Positions 25,351-37,605 of a DNA stretch of 64,000 nucleotides are shown piece by piece; the stretch's first letter is position 1, and the number at the start of each line of letters is the position of its first letter. The DNA comes from Anolis carolinensis (taxonomy: Eukaryota). Position numbers and translations under genes: made by a program. The notes beneath the pieces were generated by a model. It was given only the letters and a program-made list of their open reading frames with translations. It was not told the origin of the DNA and did no database searches. Location of the stretch: positions 151,815,971-151,879,970 of the forward strand of contig NC_085843.1 of assembly GCF_035594765.1 (NCBI RefSeq), written 5' to 3'.

Positions 25351-26714
25351 TATATTCTCTCTTTCCTACCCAGAAATGTAGATCTGTGCAATTCAGGGCC
25401 TGGGGCTATGTTTAGGAAGGCAAATGTGGCATGCTCTGAACAAAAGGTGGCTGGACTCAGAAAACTTTGTTTTCAAATCAAAAATTAATTATACCCCCAC
25501 TGACAAGGATGAAAGTAGGATAGCAAACATACTTTATGTTGTGCATTTTTATATCAGTACCACTATTAAAATCTCAAAGCATGCCACATAAAACTATGGA
25601 AACATGAAAACTGTCAAAATACGGAAATATAAAGTAATTGTAACCTGGAGAGAATGCACTCTGTGGCAGTAGAGGTTTTGAAACCTATGAACAACAGAGA
25701 TAACTCTTCTCAGCATGATTTGGAAGGGAGGAAGGGACATATGAAAATATATTTCTGGCTTCGTTTTTCACTATAATAACTTGGTTGCGTATTTTGTGTA
25801 TTTCATGGAACTTTTGAAATCACCCTTAATGGTCAGTTTCTTTTATAAACAGAAACAATGTTTCTTCCATACTGTCTGGTCTCAAAGGCCCACTTTGGAT
25901 ATGGAAAAAAGAGAAGGCAGCAGTCACAGAGAGAGCAGAAGAAATCAGGAAGATTGGAATAAATGAGAGCTGAATAAGCAGGGGAAAAGTGAAAGGTCTC
26001 TAATGTATTTTTGCCTGTTTATTTTATTGTTTTCATGATTCTCAGCTTTCTTCAACCCTTTAGAAGTGTTGGGTTCCAACAGACATTTTTCCATAGAATC
26101 CCTACTGCCCATGCTGTTCATGGATGCTAAGCAGTTAGAGTTTAATAGATTTGAAGGGCACTAAGGTCTGGTATTCTGGCCCATCCACTTGTTTTTTTTC
26201 TTCTTGTTGCCTATTTTTTTTTTACTGGACAGCCTCCAAATGTGTTGGATTAGAACATCCTGTATAGTCATGTAGAAGTCTAAAAAATAGTTAAAATCTA
26301 CTCCACAAAACTGGGCCAATTTCTCTGTGGGCCAGTGCAAGTACTGTACCTTAATCCTTATCAGAAAAGGGAGTATAGTACTGAAATGCAACAGCTTAGT
26401 CCATCCAGGAGAACCCAAGAAGCAATGTCCTTTTCTGCTCTTTCTGCTGTGATGCTGCTTCTGGCCTTTTTGAATGCCTGTGCAAGGAAATGACAGTGGC
26501 GAGTCCCCTGAGGTGACCTTGATGCTTTTGTTTCCTTGCAAAATGATCCTTAACTTATCCATGGGTCACATCAAAATCTGCCCTCAGCTTATTCATGAAG
26601 TCAACTTATACATGGATATACATGGTAAGTAGAGTTCATCTTTTTGCCATATTGGGCCCAGAGAGGCTTGTAATTTAAGTTAAAATAAAATAATAGTTAA
26701 AACAATATATAATA

Positions 26715-27513
26715 CAGTAGAGTCTCACTTATCCAACATTCACTTATCCAACGTTCTGGATTATCCAACACATTTTTGTAGTCAATGTTTTTAATACATC
26801 GTGATATTTTGGTGCTAAATTCGTAAATACAGTAATTGCTACATAGCATTACTGTGTATTGAACTATTTTTTCTGTCAAATTTATTTATTTATTTACAGT
26901 ATTTATATTCCGCCCTTTTCGCCCTGAAGGGGACTCAGGGCGGATTACAATGAACACATATATGGCAAACATTCAATGACAACAGACAAACAACATATAT
27001 AGACAGACACAGAGGCATTTAACACTCTTTTCCAGCTTCATGATTCCGGCCACAGGGGGGAGCTGTTGCTTCACTGTCCACTAGTGGCTGTATTTCCTCA
27101 TTCCTTTCCTCGTGTTTTGCTGGCAGTTTTATGATGTTGTAAATTAGTTAAATTAGCCTCCCGCATAAAGCCTACCTAAATTTCCCTAATTGACAGACGC
27201 AACTGTCTTTCGGGGCTGCATAGGTCAACAGCAAGCCAGGCTATTTAATGGTCAGGGGCTTAACCCGACCCAGGCTTCGAACTCATGACCTCTCAGTCAG
27301 TAGTGATTTATTGCAGCTGGTTACTAGCCAGCTGCGCCACAGCCTGGCCCGGGCAATTTGTTGTATAATGTGATGTTTTGATGCTTAATTTGTAAAATAA
27401 TAACCTAATTTGATGTTTAATAGACCTTTCCATGATCCCTCCTTATTATTCAACATATTTGCTTATCCAATGTTCTGCTGGCCCATTTATGTTGGATAAG
27501 TGAGACTCTACTG
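26715..27513. mobile_element. Tc1/mariner (Tigger/pogo-like) MITE interrupted by a SINE
   Basis: TIR CAGTAGAGTCTCACTTATCCAAC / GTTGGATAAGTGAGACTCTACTG flanked by TA. Uninterrupted paralog at 29826-30148. Confidence 0.88.
26882..27354 (-). mobile_element. Anolis SINE2-like tRNA SINE nested in the MITE
   Basis: Reverse complement of 1637-2113. Short AATTT duplication at the junctions. Confidence 0.85.
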
Positions 27514-27579
27514 TATTGAAGTTTTAAAATACATTAAGCAGACAATCCAATTAAAACATTCAAAACATAATAAAGATCC

Positions 27580-28094
27580 CTTCAAGGTGAAAGAATCTTT
27601 TTCCATGTATGGTGGACCTGAAATATAGTTCAAGAATTCTGGAAGAAAGTGGTGAAACAAACAAACAATATGATAAACACAAAGGGTTAAAAAAACAACT
27701 CAGAAATGTGCTTATTGGGACTATTTGGCAGGTGTATTAGCGCAGGAGATGATGAAATTTGTCAATATTGCTTTGTTGCTGCGAGACTAATAAAAACATG
27801 GAAGGGGAAAAAAAGATTGAAGAGATAAATTAGTAGATTATATCCAAATAACCAAGCTGACAAATAGCAGCAGAGAAGGAAATAATGAAGGATTCACAAA
27901 CAAATGGAGGCTGGCACTTGCGTATTTGGAAAAGAAGACAAAGGCAGATTTGAAGATTGCATAAAGGGGATTTAGTGAAAGAAGACGTATGGGTAGTTGC
28001 TGGTTAGTTATGTGATCCATATTAAGGGGTGCCGGACTTCATGGGGGTTGGGTTCAGGAAATGTTTAACAAACACTAACTGTATGCCATTTCGT
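27580..28094 (+). mobile_element. Degenerate L1/Tx1-like LINE ORF2 3' remnant
   Basis: FHVWWT...VQEFWKKV resembles the L1 C-terminal CCHC region. Runs into the gap. Confidence 0.45.
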
Positions 28095-28295
28095 NNNNNN
28101 NNNNNNNNNNNNNNNNNNNNNNNNNNNNNNNNNNNNNNNNNNNNNNNNNNNNNNNNNNNNNNNNNNNNNNNNNNNNNNNNNNNNNNNNNNNNNNNNNNNN
28201 NNNNNNNNNNNNNNNNNNNNNNNNNNNNNNNNNNNNNNNNNNNNNNNNNNNNNNNNNNNNNNNNNNNNNNNNNNNNNNNNNNNNNNNNNNNNNNN
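28095..28295. other. Assembly gap (N run)
   Basis: Run of about 200 N. Confidence 0.99.
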
Positions 28296-29309
28296 TAGCC
28301 TGTAATTTCTATTAATGCAGTTCAATGCCATGTTAAGAGGCAATGGTCAGCATTAAGTCAAATCAGCTCCATTTGTCATGCAACTGCAGCAGAGCTGATT
28401 TGCCACCCGTTTGGTATAAAGCGCCCATGAAGATGCACCCAAAGATCAAGCTCTTCCCCAAATATATTAAGACACAAAAGGGAGATGTGTTTTTTGGAAT
28501 AGAATATAAGCAGTATAGGGTTTTATCGGTCATAATCAACACCTTGAATTGTGACCACACTAAGATTGGTAGACAGTGAAATTATTTCAACATAAAGATT
28601 ACATATTCCCTGGAACCTATCTCAGTCAGCAGTCTGCTTAAAACATATTATACCCACAGAAGTTTCTGAACAGTTTCCAGGCTGTGCTACATCAATTGTA
28701 TCATAGTAATCCAAAGTGGCTGTAATCATGTGTCTCCTTAGCCGGATTTGACATCTCTAGAAATAGGCAGAGCAGGTACACATTTTAACTGTACACACTC
28801 CTGGCTCCCAACAAACCTGGGGGAACTCCTGGAGTCAGGGCTGGTTGCTCCAGTTATAAACCTGAAATTTCAAGGGATATATCCATGTTTCTTGATCTGA
28901 TTTTTGATTCATTGTTTTGGAGAGAGAAACAATGGCAAGAAAATGTTAGACAATGAAGGAAACAAACAAATACAAAATAAATAATAGTGACTGAGAAAAC
29001 AGGACTGCTACAGCAGTTTTTGCACTCATTTTGGGATGATCTTAGAACAAGTTCTTCAAAGCAAGTGGTAGAATAGGGAGTCTAAGAGAAATGTGTATGG
29101 AGAGAGAGGCAGTGGGAAGGCATATATTAATCCTGGGCTGTTGGACCTGCCTTGACTCGTCTGTATGCCTTTTGCAACAGACATATGTTTGTATGCTACA
29201 AAGGAGTATCTTATCTTGTGCCTGTACTTATTATTCTTTTTTATTGCTGAGATATTGGATTGAAAAATGTGCCATGTATGTGAATGTTCCTCCATTCCTC
29301 TCTCCCTCC

Positions 29310-29383
29310 CTCCCTTCCTTCCTTCCTTCCTTCCTTCCTTCCTTCCTTCCTTCCTTCCTTCCTTCCTTCCTTCCTTCCTTCCT
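29310..29383. repeat. (TTCC)n microsatellite
   Basis: Direct inspection. Confidence 0.95.
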
Positions 29384-29669
29384 GTTTTATTGTGTGTTGC
29401 AGGTCTGTAACACGGCCATTTTCCAGCCAGAAGAATGAAGGAAAATTGGAGAGTTTTATTCTTAATAGCTGGGTGAACAGCAATAATATCATTTCTAGGG
29501 GATGATAGGTACTTTGATTTCTGCCTATTCCACCTAGCCACTAGTTCTGTTGGTTGAGCAGCAGCACAGTAATCAAAGACAATACAATATTCCAGCCTCT
29601 CCAGTAGTAAAAAAGAAAGTTCTGATGGTATATAATAGATTTCAGTTAGGGAGAAATCAGGGATATCAA

Positions 29670-29727
<58 letters not shown>
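29670..29727. repeat. (GATA)n microsatellite
   Basis: Direct inspection. Confidence 0.95.
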
Positions 29728-29825
29728 TAATTGACATAAAATCATCATATATACACAGAGGATCCAAGGATAGATACAACTGTTTACCCATCCTCCCATT
29801 TCTTGAACAGGACTTTTTGTATATA

Positions 29826-30148
29826 CAGTAGAGTCTCGCTTATCCAACGTAAACGGGCCAGCAGAATGTTAGATAAGCAAATATGTTGGATAATAAGGAG
29901 AGATTAAGGAAAAGCCTATTAAACATCAAATTAGGTTATGATTTTACAAATTAAGCATCAAAACATCATGTTATGCAACAAATTTGACAGAAAAAGTAGT
30001 TCAATATGCAGTAATGTTATGTAGTAATTACTTTATTTAAGAATTTAACACCAAAATATCACAATGTATTGAAAACATTGACTACAAAAATGCGTTGGAT
30101 AATTCAGAACGTTGGATAAGTGAGTGTTGGATAAGTAAGACTCTACTG
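29826..30148. mobile_element. Tc1/mariner (Tigger/pogo-like) MITE, intact, inverted relative to 26715-27513
   Basis: TIRs CAGTAGAGTCTCGCTTATCCAAC / GTTGGATAAGTAAGACTCTACTG with TA flanks. Confidence 0.88.
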
Positions 30149-31849
30149 TATTGTTATTTGAATCTCTTAACCTCACCACACCTCTTCTTTTTCTTTTTCT
30201 TTTTATAGGGAGTGATAATTTATACTTTTAATACTTTTTTCATGTCTTAAGTGCATTAATGCTCATTTCATGTTTGTGTGTGTGTGTATTTAAATGTGAT
30301 TTCTTTGATGAAATGTCTTGTAAGCTATGGAAATATGCTGATTTTTGAGGCAACATGTGCTTTATCCTGTTACCAGTCATGGAAAGTGTGAAGTGGATAT
30401 TTCCATACTAATCAAAATGTACTGAAATATAAACCTAAGAGATATTCTTTCATTTCCTCATAGTAATTCAGAAGAACCAGACAAGCCCTTGCCTACAGAT
30501 CTGTAATGAACAGACAGTACATGAAGCCTGGGCAATAAGATTTCTCTCCTCACCATGGCTGAGGTGTCTGATTACCCCTATATGCTGAGGAACTGATTTA
30601 TATCCAAGGGACGTCCCTCATTTTTAATAGTAAAATTTTAGTACTTTTATTTACTTATATATTATAAAAACATGCAGGTGGTATTCTTCTTAGTTCCTCA
30701 AGATATGTGTCAACTTCTACCTTTCTATGCAATGTCCAATAAAAATTTCCTTAGGCTTCTCTTATTACATACTTTGAAATTACTAGGAAGTTGTAAATGT
30801 CAAGAGTTGTCCATAGAATAGTTGCTGCAATTTGAATCCGGGTCTGTTGAATTTGGCTTTTTTTAAAAATGCAGGAGATTCTGTAATGGATCTTCCAATG
30901 TTTCATCTAGTTTTGCCCAATGTAATTTTTATTATAGAACTTGACAATCCATGAAAATGTTTGAATAAAGTTTAGAAACAATGTAATAGATGCCAAGAGT
31001 CTGGGCATTGCTTATATACTACATAAACAACTTTTCAGTGGTTGAGGGCAACAGTGGCCTTCAGGAAACCATTGTGAATTGACATTGCCACAGTTGCTAC
31101 TGAAAATGCAGTGCAGGCAGGTGCTAGGACATTCAGAACAGAGATACTAGGTTTTTGTTTTGTTTTTTGAAGCTTAGGAAGGAAGGGATAGGGAAACATA
31201 TCACAACTTCAATGGCAGAGATTTTGGTTTTGAGTGATGTCATAAATTCTGAACAAGAAGGATGAAAAACATCAGGCCACATTTAGCCCCCTCTGCCAGG
31301 TAGATTGTAAATTGTTATATGTAGCAAAAGTACTATGACAGACCTAACCTAGAATGTAATTTTGACATGAGTAAGCACACTAAGGAGTATAACAATAACA
31401 TCATTTGAAATTGGTAGAATTTAAAGTCATAGCTGTGCTAGTCTGGAATATCAGTATTCAAAGGGATCTTGCAGCAACTTACAGACTAAGTGAGAGAAAG
31501 ACACTGGTGGCTTAAGCTTTGCTTGTTTTTTTGTTTTTTGTTTTTTGCATACAGAGAAGCATGCCTGTGCAATATTTGCAGTTTTTTGTGCAAAAAATCA
31601 CTTCTGGATTATTTTTTTTCCAGAATAAATCCTGAACTGTGAATGGTCCTTGAAAGTAGAACAGTTTTCAAAAATTTCCTTGCAACAAGAAGGAAAATAG
31701 TTAAATTTTGTTCATGAAAACCGAAATGTACCAAGATTTATATCTCTATTATTTCATTTAGACATGAATCCATCTATTACTGGGTGAGATCATTAGCAGT
31801 ATTTGGATTGGTGCCATATGTAAGCTCTACTCCTTATAGTTAGTTTGGG

Positions 31850-31990
31850 CCATGTAGGTGTTGGAGTTGTGCCTGGATGCTGTAATGAGCTGGTTATCAG
31901 CCAATAAACTGAAGCTGAACCCTGTCAAGATGGACAGTTTGTGGACTGGTGGATCTTGGATGTGGGGATTAAGTGAACAGTCTAGTCTGG
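31850..31990 (+). mobile_element. Old L2-like RT fragment
   Basis: Translation CLDAVMSWLSANKLKLNPVKMD. Confidence 0.55.
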
Positions 31991-32518
31991 ATGTGTGAGT
32001 AAACATTATGGATGGTCATTCCACCCAACTGAGACACATGAATGTAGAGCTATCCCTTTCAAGAGAACTTTATATTTCTCACCGAATGTAGAGTTTCTCT
32101 TGAACCTAATTTCTTGCTATTTCCTATTTATCCTTTTCCTCAAGGTAGCACACAAAGGCTTTCTACCGCAAACAACAGAATGAGTGCTTCTCCTCTTCAT
32201 GGAGAATTTCTATGTCTCCAGTCTTGGTTCTCTCCCTTTCTGTGTTCCTAATTTTCCAAAGACTCTTTCTTCCCCATCAGTGGTCTCACCTTAGCCTGCT
32301 GCAGTGCCTCTTTCCCTACTATTACTTTGTCATTCACACCTCACACCCCACCTTATTTTCTTCTCTCAGCTTGTGCTTTATCCTTGCACTTGTCTTCCTC
32401 TATATACTGTCTTACTGCATCTCTCACTTTCTTTTCTCTCAGGATCCTTCTACACTGACCCATAAAGCAGGTCCGATCCATAGCCATCCCCTTTCCCATC
32501 GTCATGGCTGGATACAGC

Positions 32519-32613
32519 CATGTTTCTTACTTTTGTGGGTCTAGAAACATTCTGGAGAGTGTCATGAGTACACTCTCCAGAATGTTTCTAGACCCACAAA
32601 AGTAAGAAACATG
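32519..32613. repeat. Perfect inverted repeat (44-bp arms, 7-nt loop)
   Basis: 32519-32562 is the exact reverse complement of 32570-32613. Confidence 0.95.
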
Positions 32614-33999
32614 CCAAGTTAACTGCCAAGTTAACTCTATCCCATTTTAGGAGTCTCCCCCAATGTGCTTAACCCAGAATGAAAGCTTCATTACTCCCCC
32701 TCCCCATTTTGAGGTGTTTAGCTGCTGTGGGGCTGATTGAATCCCATACTAACCTAAGTGGTCAGTGTATAGGTGCCATCTTTTCCATTCTCTGGTTCAC
32801 TTTACATCCTTTCAGTGTTTCCCTCTCTGGTGTCTTGCATTCCACATCTCAACCTTACTTCTCAGTGAAAAGTGGGAGTAAAGACGGGGTAGAGAGAATG
32901 TAGCTGTAATAGAAATAGAGGAACCTTAATTGGTACTCAATTTGTTTCTGGAGAACCAATAAAGATGTGTAATATTATTACATCAAGCAAGGCATTAAAA
33001 GCAATATACTCCTTCAACAGAAATTACAAACAATATCCAGTTCTAATAACTGTATTGCAATGTTTTTCCTACTATGCGTGTATCAACATTGTAGAATTAA
33101 TGCAATTTGACACCAGTTTTACTGAAATGGCTCAATGGTATGGAATTCTTGGAGTTGTAGTTTTGCCTCTACATGGCAAAAGATTTTGTTGATTATTGTA
33201 AAAAAACAAAAAACAAAAAAAACATAAATCAAAGTTTGGAATCCATTTCTGCTGATGGTTCAGACAGGTGTTTGATAGCATTCCTAAATTCTGGGTAAAA
33301 TTTAACTAGCTTATCTTTATGGCATTACTTGGGTTATAACTTGGGTCAAGCCTTCTGGATCCCAGTAAAAGTCATCCATTTCCTGATGCTTTCCTTCACA
33401 TTATTTTAGATATGGAACAATTCAAATATGGTATCTTTCACTTTCAAAATAAATAAAGAAGACCAATTGACAACTCCAGCATTATACCACAACATGTTGC
33501 TGATGTTTCACTGTGCCTTTCTGTAGCTACTTTTAAAAGCTATGTTTATATATCCTGGTAAGTTATAATTTTAATCTTAAAACAGGTTTCTAAAAAAAAA
33601 CCCATTCAATTTTAATGAACTGTTTAGTGTTGCTAATTCTGGTGTTATATATCCCTGTTTGTCTGGGTTGGAGAGCTTCCCTGAAGGTTCAAGTGTTCTA
33701 TTTTTGAACAAAACAAATGAATGTTAAAAACCTTGGGTTAATAATAGGAGTTGCTATTAGAAACAAATTCCAACACACTTGAAGAGAGTGTTAAGGACAT
33801 GACCTTAAAGGAGTTATCGCTTCATGTTTTTTAACCCTCATACCTCAGGCAGGATATTTTCATTTTCCATTCATTTTATTTTTGCAGAGTGTGATGTACA
33901 GTGTAAGCATTCTACACCATTGTCACCTGTAGAGTTATAAATAGCACCCCACACATTTCTTCTCCTTGCCATCTTTTTAATAATAAAAAAACAGACAGA

Positions 34000-35037
34000 A
34001 CAAACCATCACCCAAGTCAAAAAAGAAGCACAATCAAAGCCCTGACAGACCGTGCACAAAGAATCTGCGAGCCTCACCTCCTCCAAGGTGAAGTAAACCA
34101 CCTAAACTGGGCTCTACAGGCCAATGGATACTCCACCACAGACATCAGAAGAGCTGCACGGCCAAGAACAAGCCATGGGAGTCAAGACAAAGATCCACCC
34201 AAAGGAAAGGTGTTCTTACCATACATCAAGGGAACCACTGACCACATAGGCAAACTGATGAAGAAGCTCAATCTACAAACTATCTACAGACCCACAAAGA
34301 AAATCCAACAAATGCTATGGTCAGCGAAAGACAAGAGGGATCCTCTCTCCTCTGCAGGAGTCTACCGGATACCATGCAGCTGTGGACAAATATACATAGG
34401 AACCACCAAACGCAACGCCCAAACAAGAGTCAAAGAACATGAAAGGCACTGCAGACTAATTCAGCCGGAGAAATCAGCCATAGCAGAGCACTTGATGAAC
34501 CAACCTGGACACAGTATATTATTTGAGAACACAGAAATGCTGGACCACTCCAACAACTATCATGTCAGACTACACAGAGAAGCCATTGAAATCCACGAGC
34601 ATGTGGACAACTTCAACAGAAAGGAGGAAACCATGAAACTGAACAAAATCTGGCTACCAGTATTAAAAAACTCTAAAATCAAACAGTAGATAGGAACCAA
34701 CACTCTGAGGGCAGAGGAGCCCCAAGGATGCTAATAACTGAACAAAGGATGCCCCCAGGCAAGAGACAAAACCTTTCCAATGCTAATTAGGGTGATTAAC
34801 TGAAACATTAATGCTGGCTTTCCAGTGACAAAGGACTCTTGCCACACCCTGGACTCTCCACAGATATATATTTTTTTCCTTGCCTTGCCTAGTTTATCCA
34901 TGCCACACAGCCTCTGAGGATGCCTGCCATAGATGTGGGCGAAACGTCAGGAGAGAATACTTCTAGAACATGGCCACACAGCCCAAAAGGCATACAACAA
35001 CCCTGTGATCCCGGCCATGAAAGCCTTCGACGACACA
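34000..35037 (+). mobile_element. Penelope-like element 3' fragment: RT C-terminal/linker region plus GIY-YIG endonuclease (frame open ~34003-34689) and 3' pLTR
   Basis: NHHPSQKRS...ALQANGY, FLPYIKG, GVYRIPCSCGQIYIGTT (GIY-YIG), SAIAEH, REAIEI. PLE-type 3' end CCGGCCATGAAAGCCTTCGAC. Confidence 0.92.
34911..34951 (+). ncRNA. Minimal type I hammerhead ribozyme of the Penelope element
   Basis: CCT-CTGAGGA-(stem II GCCTGC...GTGGGC)-GAAAC-GTC-AGG. Conserved CUGAnGA and GAAA core with a GUC cleavage triplet. Confidence 0.75.
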
Positions 35038-36197
35038 GACAGAACAAATGTTAGAAATGAGATTGATGGCCTCATCACATGGAGCATTTTCCCCATGATA
35101 GGACACTTTATCTCCATTTCAAGGAGGAATAGGCCATCATCCTTTGCCCTTCGTCCTTGAAATGGAGCTTAAGCATACTGAAAGGAGGGAGTTCAGAAAA
35201 TGGGCAAGTAATTGTGTTCTGAGCCCCTGGTGCATGACAGAAACATCACCAATGCCAAAAAACACATGTGATGGGATCTGACAGATTCACACATGTGTTG
35301 AATAATTTCAGTGGTGTCGAGGAATTAATGTTCCTCACTTTGCTGTCCCTGCATTGTCTCCTTAATTGTAATCTAGGTAGCATAGGAAGTGGTGGATTTC
35401 TCCATTACACACCATTTTATGAAGTGCCCTTCCATGATCCTTCTGTTGTTTAAAGTGGTTTAAAGACAGTGTGGGTCCTATTGAAAGAAAGTGTTTTTAA
35501 AATGTGCTGATCTCCTCTAGAGGGAAACCACCGAATTGAAAGAAGTGTTAAAAGTGAAGGGAAGATTCAATCCAAACAGAAGGGGAGGAATTCAAACAGT
35601 TTTTTCCCTGATCACTGTATACTTACATAGGTAGCTAATAGGCTTGAGCGATCCATGAAAAAATTGATTCTAAACTCGTTTCAAAAGCAGGGGGCGCCAG
35701 CGTTTCGTTTCTGATGTCATTTCCGAATTTTGCCCCCCAAAAAATTCGAAATTAACGAAAATTCGTTATTTTCTAAATTAATTCGTTAATGGCGGACGCG
35801 CATGCGCAGTGGCCAAAAACAGCACAGAGGGAGAGGACTTTACAGGACTCTCCCACCCTCATTTTTTGAGTGATCTTCTTCAAACTTGGTACAGTGGTAG
35901 AACACATTTAACACTGATAGCTCACCAAAATTTGGAACGTTTCCCTTATCCTCTGATTTTTGGCGAATTTTCATAGCTTTTATAATAAACCATTTTTTAA
36001 TAATTGCAGAAATCTGTTCCTGGTTTGAAAGTCTTATTTCCTGTTAAATTGGGTTGTCTTTACTGTGAAAGTCATTGTTCTACTTCAGAAACTTTGTTTT
36101 TGTGGCTGAAACTTTGTTAAATTGGTGTGTGTGTGATATATACTGTGTATATATATATATATATATAGTCCCTGCATATGTGTGTGTGTGTGTATAT

Positions 36198-36521
36198 AGG
36201 TAAAGGTATCCCTTGACGTTAAGTTCAGTCATGTCTGACTCTGGGGGTTGGTGCTCATCTCCATTTCTAAGCCCAAGAGCCAGTGTTGTCCATAGACACC
36301 TCCAAGGTCATGTGGCCGGCATGACTACATGGAGTGCCATTACCTTCCCGCCAGAGCGGTACCTATTGATCTACTCACATTGGCATGTTTTCAAGCTGCT
36401 AGGTTGGCAGAAGCTGGAGCTAACAGCGGGCACTCACTCTGCTCCCGGGATTTGAACCTGGGACCTTTCAGTCTGCAAGTTCAGCAGCTCAGGGCTTTAA
36501 CACACTTCGCCATCGGGGCTC
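36198..36521 (-). mobile_element. Sauria SINE (full-length) nested in the hAT element
   Basis: Matches the other Sauria SINE copies, from tail (GGTAAAGG) to tRNA-like head. Confidence 0.88.
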
Positions 36522-36630
36522 ATGTATATATAATATACATACACATACACACAATGTGGAGAATATGTGGAAAGGTAGATACTAGATAAGTTGGGAGCCA
36601 CAGCGAAGGCACCTTCCTGGGAGCAAGGTC

Positions 36631-36689
<59 letters not shown>

Positions 36690-36839
36690 CCCTTACAATA
36701 TCCAAGATGGCTCACTGCTACAGAATCTTGGGAGGTTTAGTTTGGTATGGTACCATTATTGGCAGAGAAAGCCGAGCTGTAGGAGTTGAAATCCAATCAT
36801 TTATCCTCCCTATAGAATCAATTTTATATGCATTTTTAG

Positions 36840-37241
36840 CTACAGAAAAGCTAAAATCAGGACAGTAAAAGAACAACACCCAGAAAATGGGAATTCCAGA
36901 CAGGAAACAATCAGGGCTAGCTAATACCTCCCAACAAAGGATTCCCCAGGTAGGAAGCAGCCAGGCTTTGAAGCTGCAAGGCTATTCAATGCTAATCAAG
37001 GTGACCAATTGCAACATTCACACTTGCCTCCCACAGACGAGAGTTCTTTCTCCCACCCTGGACCTTCCACAGATATATAAACTCCACTTGCCTAGCTTCG
37101 CACAGACGTCAAAACCTCTGAGTATGTCTGCCACAGATGTGGGTGAAACGTCAGGAGAGAATGCTTCTGGCACATGGCCATAGAGCCCGGAATACATACC
37201 ACAACAGTGTGATCCCGGCCATGAAAGCTTTCGACAACACA
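36840..37241 (+). mobile_element. Penelope-like element 3' UTR/pLTR fragment with a variant hammerhead (37115-37155)
   Basis: Homologous to about 34780-35037. CTGAGTA...GAAACGTCAGG; ends GATCCCGGCCATGAAAGCTTTCGACAACAC. Confidence 0.85.
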
Positions 37242-37289
37242 ACCACAGTATCCATTCAAGTTCATGTAGCGTGGTATGGAGACCTGTAT

Positions 37290-37605
37290 TGGGGGGAGGG
37301 AGGGTGCGAATCTGGGCCCCTGGGAGTCATAGTCCTCCCTCCCTCCCTCCCCGGGAGCAGCTGAGGACGGGCCTGGCCCACACCCCCTCGCATCCCGGGC
37401 CTCTTCCTCCTCACCGCCGGGCCCCTCTCTGTCTCTCTCGGTCTCTCCATTCCCGGCTCCAGCCGCCGCCTTCTCGCCTCACAGAGAGACACCAGGCCTG
37501 AGCTGAGGCGAGGCGGCGGCGGCGGCGGCCATTTCCCCCCTCCGTCTTCCTCCTCCTCCTCGGCCTCCTTCCCCCTCGCCCCCTCCCATTGGCTGAGCCC
37601 ATGAC
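37290..37605 (-). promoter_or_regulatory. CpG-island/housekeeping-promoter-like segment carried inside the hAT element
   Basis: Very GC- and CpG-rich. The minus strand reads CCAAT box (AGCCAATGG), GC-box-like GGGGGCGAGG, then AAATGGCCGCCGCCGCC (YY1-like motif/ATG). Confidence 0.4.

Noticed and set aside
29056-29847. 263-aa minus-strand ORF
   Set aside because: Length is inflated by stop-free (GGAA)n and (TATC)n microsatellites.
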